In this document: positions 8,981 through 18,373 of the stretch, one piece after another
Layout: every line of letters starts with the position of its first letter
How positions within the stretch are numbered: position 1 is the stretch's first letter
Notes under the pieces: model-generated
The model's database searches: none
Told to the model about the DNA's origin: nothing
What the model saw: only the letters and a program-made list of their open reading frames with translations
Translations under genes and position numbers: made by a program
Virus record (IMG/VR): IMGVR_UViG_3300042090_000646
Coordinates: 14,564 to 78,563 of that record
Direction: 5' to 3' (one strand)
Length of the DNA stretch: 64,000 nt
From: a virus

Positions 8981-10420
8981 ATGGACGTCATCTCGATCCT
9001 CGGCCAACTCGCCGAAACTTCTGCGGATCCTCGAATCCGCACCCTGGTCAAGTCCCTGACCAGCACCCAGGCGGGCACCAACCTCTCTGCCCTGACCGGT
9101 GGCGGGGCGATGCGCGTGGAAGCTCTGGAACCGGAACTCGCAACTGCGACCGTCCAGAACCCCCATTTCGTGCTGTTCAACCTGCTGTTCCCCAACCGGC
9201 ATACCTCCTGGTCCCTGATCGACCAGCAGGTCGTTCAGGACGGCATCGGCGGCTACCCGGGCTCCGCGATCTCCAACGAGACCGGCAGCAACCTGAACCA
9301 GAGGAACGGTGCCTATCACCGCGCCATCACCGAGCTGAAAGTCATGGCTGAATTCGGTGGCGTGACCGTTCCCACCGCCATGCAGGGCGCCCTCCAGCAG
9401 GCTGCTGGGGCGGCCGACTTCAACTCGGCGGAACAGGAAATCTTCTCCGCTCTTTCCCGGGTCCTCCAGACCATCGAGTGGCAGCTCCTCTATGGTGATC
9501 CCACGATGACCAATCTGGAGTTCCAGGGCCTGATCCCCGGACTCCTGGCCAACAGCCCCAACATCACCAACCTGGGCGGTATCGCGCTCAATACCGGAGC
9601 CGCCGTGGCACCGATCTGCGCGCGCCTTGCCGGCTTCGGCAACTGGGGCTCTCCCGACGCCCTGATCTGCTCTCCTGCGGTCAAAGCCGATTATGACGGG
9701 CACTTGGAGGCCGGGTATCGCGTGAACCTAGACGCGAATGTGCCGAACACCACGCTCGGCGCCCTGGTGAAGGCCATCAAGTACAACGGCCTGGGCGTGG
9801 GCAATGGGGTTCTCGACCTCTATCCCCATCCCTTCCTGGACGAAAACATGCGGCAGCCGGTGGAGAACTACGCCCCGACTGAAACCAGCGGCTCCGCCCC
9901 TGGCGCCATCGCTGGCGTGGCCTCCGGGACCACCGGATCGATCCCTGCGGGGACCTATTTCTACCGGGCTGAAGCGGCTGGTCCCGGCTTCGTCTCCACC
10001 TCTGTCGCCTCGGCCTCCGTCACCGTGGCGGCCACCAACATCGTGACCCTGACCATCACTGCCTCCGGCGGCCAGGCCGAGAGCTACTACAACATCTACC
10101 GCAGCTCCAAGAACGGTGCCGTCACCTCAAGCCTGACCCGATTCATTACTCGCGTGGCCAGGACCGGTGGCTCCACGACCTTCGTGGATACCAATGCCAG
10201 CATCCCCGGCACCTCAAGCGCCCTCATCCTGACCACGGCGCCCCAGTTCGACGCCCTGCGCCTGGTCCAGATGGCGCCCCCCAGCAAGATCCCCCTCGCC
10301 ATGACCCAGCTCCAGTACAACTTCGCGGTCATGTATATCGCGTGCCTCCGGCTTTCCCTGCCGAAAAAGCACGCCCTGATCACCAACATCCTGCCCTCCA
10401 ACGCGACCTGGCTGCCCTGA
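8981..10420 (+). CDS. Major capsid protein (A511/SPO1 Cps-like)
   Basis: LVKS..GGGAMRVEALE start, IEWQLLYGD..LEFQGL, inserted Ig-like segment (TYFYRAEA..YNIYRS..FVDTNASIPGTS); strong RBS aaggagg. Confidence 0.85.
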   Translation: MDVISILGQLAETSADPRIRTLVKSLTSTQAGTNLSALTGGGAMRVEALEPELATATVQNPHFVLFNLLFPNRHTSWSLIDQQVVQDGIGGYPGSAISNETGSNLNQRNGAYHRAITELKVMAEFGGVTVPTAMQGALQQAAGAADFNSAEQEIFSALSRVLQTIEWQLLYGDPTMTNLEFQGLIPGLLANSPNITNLGGIALNTGAAVAPICARLAGFGNWGSPDALICSPAVKADYDGHLEAGYRVNLDANVPNTTLGALVKAIKYNGLGVGNGVLDLYPHPFLDENMRQPVENYAPTETSGSAPGAIAGVASGTTGSIPAGTYFYRAEAAGPGFVSTSVASASVTVAATNIVTLTITASGGQAESYYNIYRSSKNGAVTSSLTRFITRVARTGGSTTFVDTNASIPGTSSALILTTAPQFDALRLVQMAPPSKIPLAMTQLQYNFAVMYIACLRLSLPKKHALITNILPSNATWLP

Positions 10421-10435
10421 GCCCTGACGCAATCC

Positions 10436-10471
10436 GGTCCAGGTGGTCTTTCGGGCCACCTGGACCTTTTT
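10436..10471 (+). terminator. Rho-independent terminator after the capsid gene
   Basis: GGTCCAGGTGG-tctttcggg-CCACCTGGACC followed by TTTTT. Confidence 0.8.
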
Positions 10472-10484
10472 GAAAGGAGATTCC

Positions 10485-10886
10485 GTGGATCAGAAGATCA
10501 TAATGTGCCACACCGGACGCCCCTGCGATCCGCCCATCATCAACATGCCGCACGGGGACCCCATCGTTTTCGAGCCGAACCCTAATGGCGGCCCACTCTG
10601 GATCGCCTACTGCACTGCCGAACAGGTGGAGGACATGGCCAGGTTCGACTTCTTCCGGAAGTTCACCGAGGAGCTTCCGGAGGAAAAGATCGAGAAGGGG
10701 AATATCCCCGACGAGACCTGGACCCGCGCCGGAATCGCCGAGTGGGCCCTGGAGGAGCTGGATATCGTCATCGACCTGAAGCTCAAGGCAGACATGCTCG
10801 CCGAGCTGAATGCTGCCGTCGCCAAGGCCGAGGCCGAGAAGGCCAGCCTGCCTCCCTTCGTTTCGGGTGAACCCGTCACCGACTAA
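10485..10886 (+). CDS. Hypothetical head-associated protein
   Basis: GTG start with RBS aaaggag; follows the capsid gene. Confidence 0.6.
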   Translation: MDQKIIMCHTGRPCDPPIINMPHGDPIVFEPNPNGGPLWIAYCTAEQVEDMARFDFFRKFTEELPEEKIEKGNIPDETWTRAGIAEWALEELDIVIDLKLKADMLAELNAAVAKAEAEKASLPPFVSGEPVTD

Positions 10887-10897
10887 GGACTACGCTC

Positions 10898-11671
10898 ATG
10901 CCGTTTGAGGTCACCCCAGACTATCTCCTGGCCACCTATCTGTCTGGGCTAGTGACGCGTCTGCCTCGGCTTGCGGAATCCCCCTGCGCTGACTTCCTTG
11001 TGGATGCCATCGCAGAGGGATCCTGGAAGGTCCAGCGAGACCTTGGGACCCGTTTCGTGCCGACGACATTCATTCCCCAATTCGACACCGGAAACGACGG
11101 ATATCCTCCGCAAACCTCGGGCCCTGCTGAATTCGAGCCATATTACCAGTGGCCCGGCGTCCTCCCGGGGGATGGATTCCCCCTTCTCAAGACCCGCATC
11201 CGCCCCATCCAGCAGATTGTGTCCCTGGTCCTGACGGTGCCCGGCACGATCATCTCCCAATTCACCTTCGACAATTCGTGGCTGCGGACGGATCGGAAAT
11301 CCAACCAGATCATGATCTCCCCGACGGGATCCAATGCTATCTATGCCCTGGCCTATGCCATGGGCGGATTGGCCTGGCGCACCGCCCAGTCGGCGGCCCT
11401 GACCTATCTGGCCGGACTCGACGCGCAGAATCCGGACTGGCCCAAGGTCAACCGGCTTACGGCCATGCGGTCCACACTGGCCCTTCTCCCCATGCTCTCC
11501 GGGTGGCTCAATCCCACCGCCCTATCATCAATCTCCGCGGACGGCCTGACCCAATCCCGCAAGACGGGATATGTGTTCTCCGACTGGGCCGAGACCTTGG
11601 AAAAGGATTGCGAGAAGCTTACCAACGAGCTGCTGGGCGCCTGGGACGGCCCCGGTCTGTTCGTCCTGTGA
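10898..11671 (+). CDS. Head-tail adaptor/neck protein
   Basis: Position; RPIQQIVSL, LTYLAGL and SSISADGLTQS motifs resemble large-myovirus adaptors. Confidence 0.65.
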   Translation: MPFEVTPDYLLATYLSGLVTRLPRLAESPCADFLVDAIAEGSWKVQRDLGTRFVPTTFIPQFDTGNDGYPPQTSGPAEFEPYYQWPGVLPGDGFPLLKTRIRPIQQIVSLVLTVPGTIISQFTFDNSWLRTDRKSNQIMISPTGSNAIYALAYAMGGLAWRTAQSAALTYLAGLDAQNPDWPKVNRLTAMRSTLALLPMLSGWLNPTALSSISADGLTQSRKTGYVFSDWAETLEKDCEKLTNELLGAWDGPGLFVL

Positions 11672-11683
11672 TGGGAGGCATCC

Positions 11684-13216
11684 GTGTCTCTCCATGACGT
11701 CGCCTTCTATACCTTCGAGATTTGGAAGTCCGATCTGTCGCAAAAGGCAGATTATGGGGATGTTGTTGACCTATCCTCGATCTCGGCCACCTTGCGCTTG
11801 GCGCCCCAGGCCCTCACCATCGAGACCGGCTACCGTGCTGATTTTGGTCTGGATCTTAATGGGGATCCGGTGATCGCCGAAGCCGGGTTTGGGCCGGGCC
11901 GGTGGACCATTCGGGGCAACTATGGCGTCGGTTCCCAAGGACTGAAGACACTCGCCAACAACTCCGACCAGGGCATGATCACCCTGGGCCTAGACAACCG
12001 CCTGGCCATCCTCGCGGTCCTCCAGAACTATGCCGATACCAACGCTTTCAACCTCACCTATGGCAAACCCCTCCTGAAGTTGGTCTTCAAGGTCCTGTCG
12101 GGGGGTCCCAGCGAGTTCAAGAACCAGGTTTGGTGGATCCTCCCGCTAGGAATGCCCACCGATGAGCGGAGTGCCACTCGTCCCCTGGACTGGTCCTATA
12201 GCATGACCTTCTGGGCCCTCAAACGGGTGGATCAGCAGGTATCGGCGACGGACATGCTCAACGGGCTCTCTCTCACAAGCTTGATGGCAATAATCAGCCA
12301 GATTAAGGGCGACATTCAGGCAATCCAGCAGCTCCTCAACTTTAGCCAGTGGCCCATCGTCCAGACGATTCAGGGCGTCATCACGGGGGTCCAGTCTGCG
12401 GTCAACTCGGCCAATAACCTGGTGGGCATGGTCAATGCCGATTTCCAGGGCGCCTCGGACCTCCTGCGTTCTGCCAGTTTTGCCTTGACCTCCCTGATCG
12501 GGACGGTAGAGGCCACTGCTAACCTCCCGGCTCAGGCCCAGCAGGACCTCATCCAGTCCCTGACTTATGCCCGGGTGAGCATCGGCCAATCCCTCCTGTC
12601 GATCACTGCCAATGGCGAATTGACCTCCACGCCTCCGGCCCCGGCGCCGATTCCGGTCATCCCAAACCGCGATCTCCGCATGATCGCCGCTACGGTCCTA
12701 GGGGACGCATCCCTGTGGACCACTATCGCCGCGCAGAATGACCTGGTCTACCCGTTCGTCTCCTGGCCTGCCGGTGGCCCAGCAGCCTCTCCAAGCGGTT
12801 TGATCCCAGGGACGGTCGCAGCACCCGGCGGCTTACTCACGGCAACCCCTGGAGCCTCGCAGGCCATCCTGGACCCCGCCGGGATGGATCTCGACCCCAG
12901 CGGTGGGGACTTCCTGGTGGGTGGGATCCAGAATATCGTCAACGCCCTTAACCGGCGGTTGAACACCCCCTTGGGCTATCTACCTCAGCACCCCAATTAC
13001 GGGTCCTCCCTGAACAAGTGGCTGGGCGAGCCCCTTACGGTGGACAACGCCCTGGCCATCCGGGGGGAAGTCTCGCGGGTCCTCCTTTCAGACCCTAGGG
13101 TGACAACCATTACCGCCATCACCCTGGAGACGGATGGGGAGCAGTCGGTCTCGGTCAATGCCATTGCCCAGACCATCCTCGGCCCTGCCGCATTCGCTGT
13201 TACCGGAGGCTCCTAA
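11684..13216 (+). CDS. Fused baseplate protein: tube-initiator-like N-terminus, LysM-like domain, gp25-like C-terminus
   Basis: DLRMIAATVLGDASLWTTIAAQNDL (LysM-like); RRLNTPLGYLPQHPNYGS..SDPRV (gp25-like). Confidence 0.7.
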   Translation: MSLHDVAFYTFEIWKSDLSQKADYGDVVDLSSISATLRLAPQALTIETGYRADFGLDLNGDPVIAEAGFGPGRWTIRGNYGVGSQGLKTLANNSDQGMITLGLDNRLAILAVLQNYADTNAFNLTYGKPLLKLVFKVLSGGPSEFKNQVWWILPLGMPTDERSATRPLDWSYSMTFWALKRVDQQVSATDMLNGLSLTSLMAIISQIKGDIQAIQQLLNFSQWPIVQTIQGVITGVQSAVNSANNLVGMVNADFQGASDLLRSASFALTSLIGTVEATANLPAQAQQDLIQSLTYARVSIGQSLLSITANGELTSTPPAPAPIPVIPNRDLRMIAATVLGDASLWTTIAAQNDLVYPFVSWPAGGPAASPSGLIPGTVAAPGGLLTATPGASQAILDPAGMDLDPSGGDFLVGGIQNIVNALNRRLNTPLGYLPQHPNYGSSLNKWLGEPLTVDNALAIRGEVSRVLLSDPRVTTITAITLETDGEQSVSVNAIAQTILGPAAFAVTGGS

Positions 13217-14518
13217 ATGGGCTCATCCCTCGGCTTCCAAGTCCGTGATTGGACCAGCTACACCCAGACGATGGCATCCTGGATCGCCTCCAACCCCTCC
13301 TTAGTGCCAGGATTCAATCTGCCCAGCGACATGATCGAGGGTTCCTTGGAACGGGCCCACCTTGAGGCCCTGGCCATGGTCATGGAGGACTATGACATCC
13401 GGGCCCAGAAGGCCGTCGACTATGCAGCCAACAACGCGGTCTACAATGCCTTTGGCTTCCCCTACCTTTCGGCGAGCCCGTCCCTGGGCCAGGTGACCTT
13501 TACCGCTCTGGTCGCCCCGGCCGCCAATATCGACATCCCCACGGGAACCAAGCTCGGGACCAGCACCGGGGTCCAGTTCGTCACCACCCAAGACGCCACC
13601 TTGGAGGCCGGTTCCTTCACAGTGGTCTCCGTCCCGGTTCAGGCAGCAACCACCGGAACTGCCACCAACGTCCCGGCCTCGTCCATCAGTCGGATCCTCT
13701 ACCCCATCGCTGGGGTGGACCAGGTGACCAATCCCCAGGCAACCTGCGGCGGGACTGATCCGGAAACTCCTGCCGCCCGTCAGACCCGGTTTCAATCCTG
13801 GGTCAATACCCTGACGAGGGGGACCCTTCAGGCTCTGGAATATGCGTCCGTTTCGGTCGCCCAATGCGGCGTGATCGATGCCCTGGCGGTCGAGCCGTTC
13901 AATATGACTCCTCCGCAAGGCTCCGTGGGTAACGTGTGGGTGTTCCTGGACAACGGACTCGGCTCGGCAGTCGTGCCGGGTGCCATCGCCTCAGCTATCA
14001 ACGGGACTGGCGGGGTCGGCGGGGTCATGAACGGCTATCCTGGTCCCAATAATACCTTCGTCCCTGGCTGGGCCGCCGCGGGGATACAGGTGATCCTGAA
14101 GCCGGTCCTCTATGCCAACGTGTTCTTGACGGCTGCCGTCGTCACGAATTCCCACGGGAAAGGCCGGTTCGGTGATATCCAGGCAGCTCTTTCTGCCGCC
14201 GCGACCACCTATTTCAATGCCGTGACCATCGGCCAGCCGGTGATCTATCACGAGTTGTTGGTGGCCCTCTCCCTGGCCGACCCGGACATCCAGAGCATCA
14301 CGCTCCAGATGGGTCTGGAATCGACCCCTGGCACCCTCGCAAGCCTGATCTGGAACCCATCCGCGGGAGGAATGGACAACACCGTCTATGCCACCCTGGC
14401 GAGCCACCCAATCCTATTTGGCTCTGACTTCACCTGGAACCAGAATGACCCGGTCCAGGTCGGTTCGCGGTATGTCCTCCAGAACGATGCCACCTATCCC
14501 ATCTGGAACCTTTCATGA
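13217..14518 (+). CDS. Baseplate J/gp47-family wedge protein
   Basis: GQVTF..IPTGT..FVTT..VPVQA..VTNP..GGTDPET..RF..RGT..ALEY signature. Confidence 0.9.
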   Translation: MGSSLGFQVRDWTSYTQTMASWIASNPSLVPGFNLPSDMIEGSLERAHLEALAMVMEDYDIRAQKAVDYAANNAVYNAFGFPYLSASPSLGQVTFTALVAPAANIDIPTGTKLGTSTGVQFVTTQDATLEAGSFTVVSVPVQAATTGTATNVPASSISRILYPIAGVDQVTNPQATCGGTDPETPAARQTRFQSWVNTLTRGTLQALEYASVSVAQCGVIDALAVEPFNMTPPQGSVGNVWVFLDNGLGSAVVPGAIASAINGTGGVGGVMNGYPGPNNTFVPGWAAAGIQVILKPVLYANVFLTAAVVTNSHGKGRFGDIQAALSAAATTYFNAVTIGQPVIYHELLVALSLADPDIQSITLQMGLESTPGTLASLIWNPSAGGMDNTVYATLASHPILFGSDFTWNQNDPVQVGSRYVLQNDATYPIWNLS

Positions 14519-16557
14519 CGACTCATTATGGCATCCAGGTCCGGGTCTACCTGGATTCAGTGGGTCCAATGGTCCAGTCCGGGGTCACCCGGACCTATTC
14601 GGTCAAGATGCTGGAGACCGGGACTATTTTCAATGACCTGGCCAACAGCAAGGTCTATACGGACCCCATCGGCATCGTCGCCATCGAGACAAGCGAGACA
14701 ATGCGTGGGCACTCGGGGGCACTGAGCCTCCTGGTCGGGGCGGTTGGGGCGATCCTCCGCACCCGGATAGAGGCGCAGGACTGCCTACGAATCGAGGCCA
14801 ATACCGGAAGTGGATGGCATTGCCTGTTCGACGGCTTCGTGTCCCTCGTCTCCTGGTCCCGGTTCTCCTCCGTCCGGGGCTTTTCCTGGCGGCTTCAAGT
14901 CCATGCCGAAGGGCTCTCGCGGATCTTCCAGCAGGCGTGGCTGAACTGGCGCATGGCGGTCATGCAGGGGCCGATTGCCGACTTGATGACCGCCAATGGC
15001 CGACGGATCATGAACAACCTGTCCAGCAACGGCGGCTATTTCACTGATCCCCAGCAGTTCATCGGGATGCTCTTGAATTTCGGGGTGAGCGACATCATGG
15101 GGCTCACGGGTAGGGATGGAATACCCATTGCCATCAACGATTATTGGCAGATAGGGAATTTGGGCTCAATGATTGGGGATCAGCCGGATTTCGGCTCATG
15201 GGCGCCGAATTGGCACAATGCCATGGGCCTACAAGTCGGGGCGGCATTGGACTCTTATCTCCAGATGGAGGGCCCGCTCATGCAGACCATCACCTCCATC
15301 TCGGAACCGACCTTGCATGAGTTCTTTATCACATATCAGGTCAAGGGCGGGATCGAAGGGAACCCTGAAATTCCGACCGTTGTTTTCCGGCCCATCCCTT
15401 TCCCAGGACCTGGCATCGATCCCGCTCCGCTCCGGCCATCGGCTCCCGGTGTTTCCTATCCAGACGATACCGAATGGATGGCATTGCCGGTCCTTAAGCT
15501 CGGAAATGCCAATAACATGCCGTCCCCAGTGAGCATCTCCGCCAGCAAAAACGACGGCGAACGAAAAAACATGTTCGTGTGGGCCATGTCCTCTGCCTTG
15601 GATGGGAGTCCGGAATCGCTCATGGGATCCAAACAGAGGATGGGGTATTGGCTGGACATGACCTCCCTCCAGCGGTATGGCTATGCCACGGAGCAGGTGA
15701 CCACCTCGGTTTTCAACCGCCAGAACACGGATTGGATGGAGGATTTGATTCCGCGTGTTCTGGGACGGGTCGCCTTCCAGAAGGCGGCCGTGCCTTATTT
15801 GTGGAACCATCAGCGGAATTATCCCCTCCTGCTAGGCTCTCACCCGGGCATGGTCCTCCAGGATTCCACAGATGGGGCCTGCGGCTATATCAATGCCGTA
15901 TCTCACCAAATCCAGGCCGGAGATCCAGGTGTTTTCCGGGCCGCGACCACCATCCAGGTTGAACGGGTTGTGGAAAACGCTTCGAGTCCTGTCACCCAGG
16001 AGAGCTATCCGGGCAGTGTCCGATCCTATCTGTTCGCCCTTCAACACTACTTCCCGGCCCCCGATCAGAACCTGGCCCTGGAAACCATCCATACCGCCAT
16101 GCATGGGGTTCCTCCGCCTGCAAGCGGGTTCGTTCGGGTCCAACCTTGGACCGGGGCGATGGTCGAAACTTCGGGCATCGGAGCCACCCGGAGGTGCGGG
16201 GTCCACAAAGCCGTGGATTATGCTCTGGCCGTTGGGACCCCGCTGGTTGCTCCATGCGATGGGAAATTCCTTTATCAGCGGACCCAGGTGGATGCATTGG
16301 GCCACGTCGTGGGAGCTGGCAACTATGTCAAATTCCAGGGAGACGATGGTTCCGTCCATATGTTCGCCCATCTCTCGTCCTTCCCATATCCGGCCCTCGC
16401 GGTGAATCAGCGGATCCGTGCTGGCTCAACGCCAATGGGCGTCACTGGCATTTCTGGCCATACCACCGGACCCCATCTTCACTGGCAAATTCTCATGGGC
16501 AAAGATCGAATCCTGGACCCCCAGGTATGGATCGCCAACGGAGGGTCACCGCTATGA
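14515..16557 (+). CDS. Baseplate hub protein with C-terminal M23 peptidase
   Basis: HKAVD (HxxxD), FAHLS, TTGPHLHWQ (HxH). Confidence 0.8.
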   Translation: MTTHYGIQVRVYLDSVGPMVQSGVTRTYSVKMLETGTIFNDLANSKVYTDPIGIVAIETSETMRGHSGALSLLVGAVGAILRTRIEAQDCLRIEANTGSGWHCLFDGFVSLVSWSRFSSVRGFSWRLQVHAEGLSRIFQQAWLNWRMAVMQGPIADLMTANGRRIMNNLSSNGGYFTDPQQFIGMLLNFGVSDIMGLTGRDGIPIAINDYWQIGNLGSMIGDQPDFGSWAPNWHNAMGLQVGAALDSYLQMEGPLMQTITSISEPTLHEFFITYQVKGGIEGNPEIPTVVFRPIPFPGPGIDPAPLRPSAPGVSYPDDTEWMALPVLKLGNANNMPSPVSISASKNDGERKNMFVWAMSSALDGSPESLMGSKQRMGYWLDMTSLQRYGYATEQVTTSVFNRQNTDWMEDLIPRVLGRVAFQKAAVPYLWNHQRNYPLLLGSHPGMVLQDSTDGACGYINAVSHQIQAGDPGVFRAATTIQVERVVENASSPVTQESYPGSVRSYLFALQHYFPAPDQNLALETIHTAMHGVPPPASGFVRVQPWTGAMVETSGIGATRRCGVHKAVDYALAVGTPLVAPCDGKFLYQRTQVDALGHVVGAGNYVKFQGDDGSVHMFAHLSSFPYPALAVNQRIRAGSTPMGVTGISGHTTGPHLHWQILMGKDRILDPQVWIANGGSPL

Positions 16558-17537
16558 TGGGCGCCAATTTCGGAGTCGTTTATGCCCAGGTCCCTACTAG
16601 GCACGGGGTCCAGGTTGAGTGGCGCAACCTCCAGTTCCAGGGGGCTCCAAACCCCACAGAGGATGGCTATGGCTTTTGTCGGGTTGGGTCCCGGAGGGCC
16701 CACCCTAGCCTCGGGATGGAGACCGACCTCCCGGCAGTTGGAGAACTTGGCCTGATCATCTCCTTGGATGACGAGGTGAACGTCTGGGTGTGTTCTATTC
16801 CGTGGCAGGACATCAATGCGATCATTCCTGGCTTGACATTGAAGCGGCATGACTCTGGTGTCACCAGCCAGATCAACGCCGATGGCGAGTGCCAATTGGA
16901 CTTTCCCGGGGGCTCCAGGATCCGATATACGATCAATGATGAGCCGATGGCGATTCCGGCAGGACAGCCGAACATCAACGCTCTGGGCGCCCGGGAGGTC
17001 AATTGGATGTGCCTTGATCATGCCAGCGGACTCACGCTCAAGATCAGCCCCCTGGGCGACCTCACCATCAGCGGGGCCAATACGGTGGGCCTGACCGCCG
17101 TTGCGCCTATCTCCATCCAGGGCTTCGGGACCTTCAACCTTTCCACTCTACCCATGACGGACAACCCAACTGCGGCGCAGGATTGGGGCCCCCTCTATGG
17201 CCTGAACCCGCAGCCCTCCCTTGACATCAACATCAACGCCGGAGCGGCGGTGAGCGACCCTGGTGCCGGGGAATCAACCATGAATGTCAATATTACGGCC
17301 CAACAGAACGTGAACGTATCGGCTCCGGACGGAACGGTTACGATTTCGGGCCAAAATGTCCAAATCCAGAACGGCTCCAATGGAGCCCGGTTCTGCATGG
17401 AGAGTCTGGTCACCTGGGCCAAGAACCACACCCATACCAGCGCCGCCAGTGGTTCGCCCACCTCCGCCCCCACGGTAGATCCAACCGGGCAACCCTCGAA
17501 CTATTCCCCATCCACTCTCCTGGGCCAACACGGATGA
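16554..17537 (+). CDS. Baseplate central spike (gpV-like)
   Basis: LPAVGELG OB-fold-type motif, beta-repeat region, C-terminal NHTH (HxH metal site). Confidence 0.8.
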   Translation: MMGANFGVVYAQVPTRHGVQVEWRNLQFQGAPNPTEDGYGFCRVGSRRAHPSLGMETDLPAVGELGLIISLDDEVNVWVCSIPWQDINAIIPGLTLKRHDSGVTSQINADGECQLDFPGGSRIRYTINDEPMAIPAGQPNINALGAREVNWMCLDHASGLTLKISPLGDLTISGANTVGLTAVAPISIQGFGTFNLSTLPMTDNPTAAQDWGPLYGLNPQPSLDININAGAAVSDPGAGESTMNVNITAQQNVNVSAPDGTVTISGQNVQIQNGSNGARFCMESLVTWAKNHTHTSAASGSPTSAPTVDPTGQPSNYSPSTLLGQHG

Positions 17538-18373
17538 GCGAATTCTTTCTGACGCTGCCAGGTGGCATCATGGATGACCTCAAGGCAGAGGTCCTGGCCA
17601 TTGCTACCAAGGTTCCGGACGAATTCAAGAACCTGGGCCATGCCGTCGGAGTGACGGCCTACGAGGCCAAGGATCTCTATGAGGGATACCTGGCAGACCA
17701 GCCCATCCCGGGCAGAGGCCAGCTCAAGAAGCCTGCCATCCTAAAGGGCCAGACTATCTGCCGCCCGTTGAGCGCCCTGGCTTGGGCTATTGGCCATGAG
17801 GACGACGCCGCCAAGCGAATCGAGGAAGGATCGCCCGCGCATGACATGAAGCAGGACCTCCGCAAGGCGCCCAAGGCTAGGAGAAGCAAGGACGGGAGCC
17901 TCTACCTGATTATTCCGTTCCGGCATAGTAATCCCAAGGCCCGGGGCATCCAGGCCATGCCCAAGGAGGTCTACAAGCTGGCCAAGGCGATGAGCTTCAG
18001 CCATCACCAGGGCGTGATCGGCTCGCGCATGTCGGCAACGGGCCATTCGGTCCCATTGTTTGGTTACCAGTGGGGTGACCGTCTTGGCAAAGGCTTAGCG
18101 CCCAAAGCCAAATCCTGGCATGTCACCGACTACTACCAAGGGATGTATCGCTTCCATGACGCCGGGACTACCAAGCAGCAGAAATCTGCCGGCTATATTA
18201 CCTTCCGAACCATGTCACAGAAATCGGACCCAAGGAGCTGGATCCGACCGGCGCAGCCCGGACTATTCCCCTTGGACACCGCCATGACCGAGGCATGGAA
18301 CGCCAATGTCCCGTTCCTAGATGCCGCCCTGTGGGAGGACATCCAGGTCATGTGGGCCGGAATCAAGTCTTGA
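17534..18373 (+). CDS. Neck/tail-completion protein
   Basis: IEEG..HDMK..YLIIPFRH..YITFRTMS..SWI.PA motifs resemble large-myovirus neck proteins. Confidence 0.65.
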   Translation: MSEFFLTLPGGIMDDLKAEVLAIATKVPDEFKNLGHAVGVTAYEAKDLYEGYLADQPIPGRGQLKKPAILKGQTICRPLSALAWAIGHEDDAAKRIEEGSPAHDMKQDLRKAPKARRSKDGSLYLIIPFRHSNPKARGIQAMPKEVYKLAKAMSFSHHQGVIGSRMSATGHSVPLFGYQWGDRLGKGLAPKAKSWHVTDYYQGMYRFHDAGTTKQQKSAGYITFRTMSQKSDPRSWIRPAQPGLFPLDTAMTEAWNANVPFLDAALWEDIQVMWAGIKS

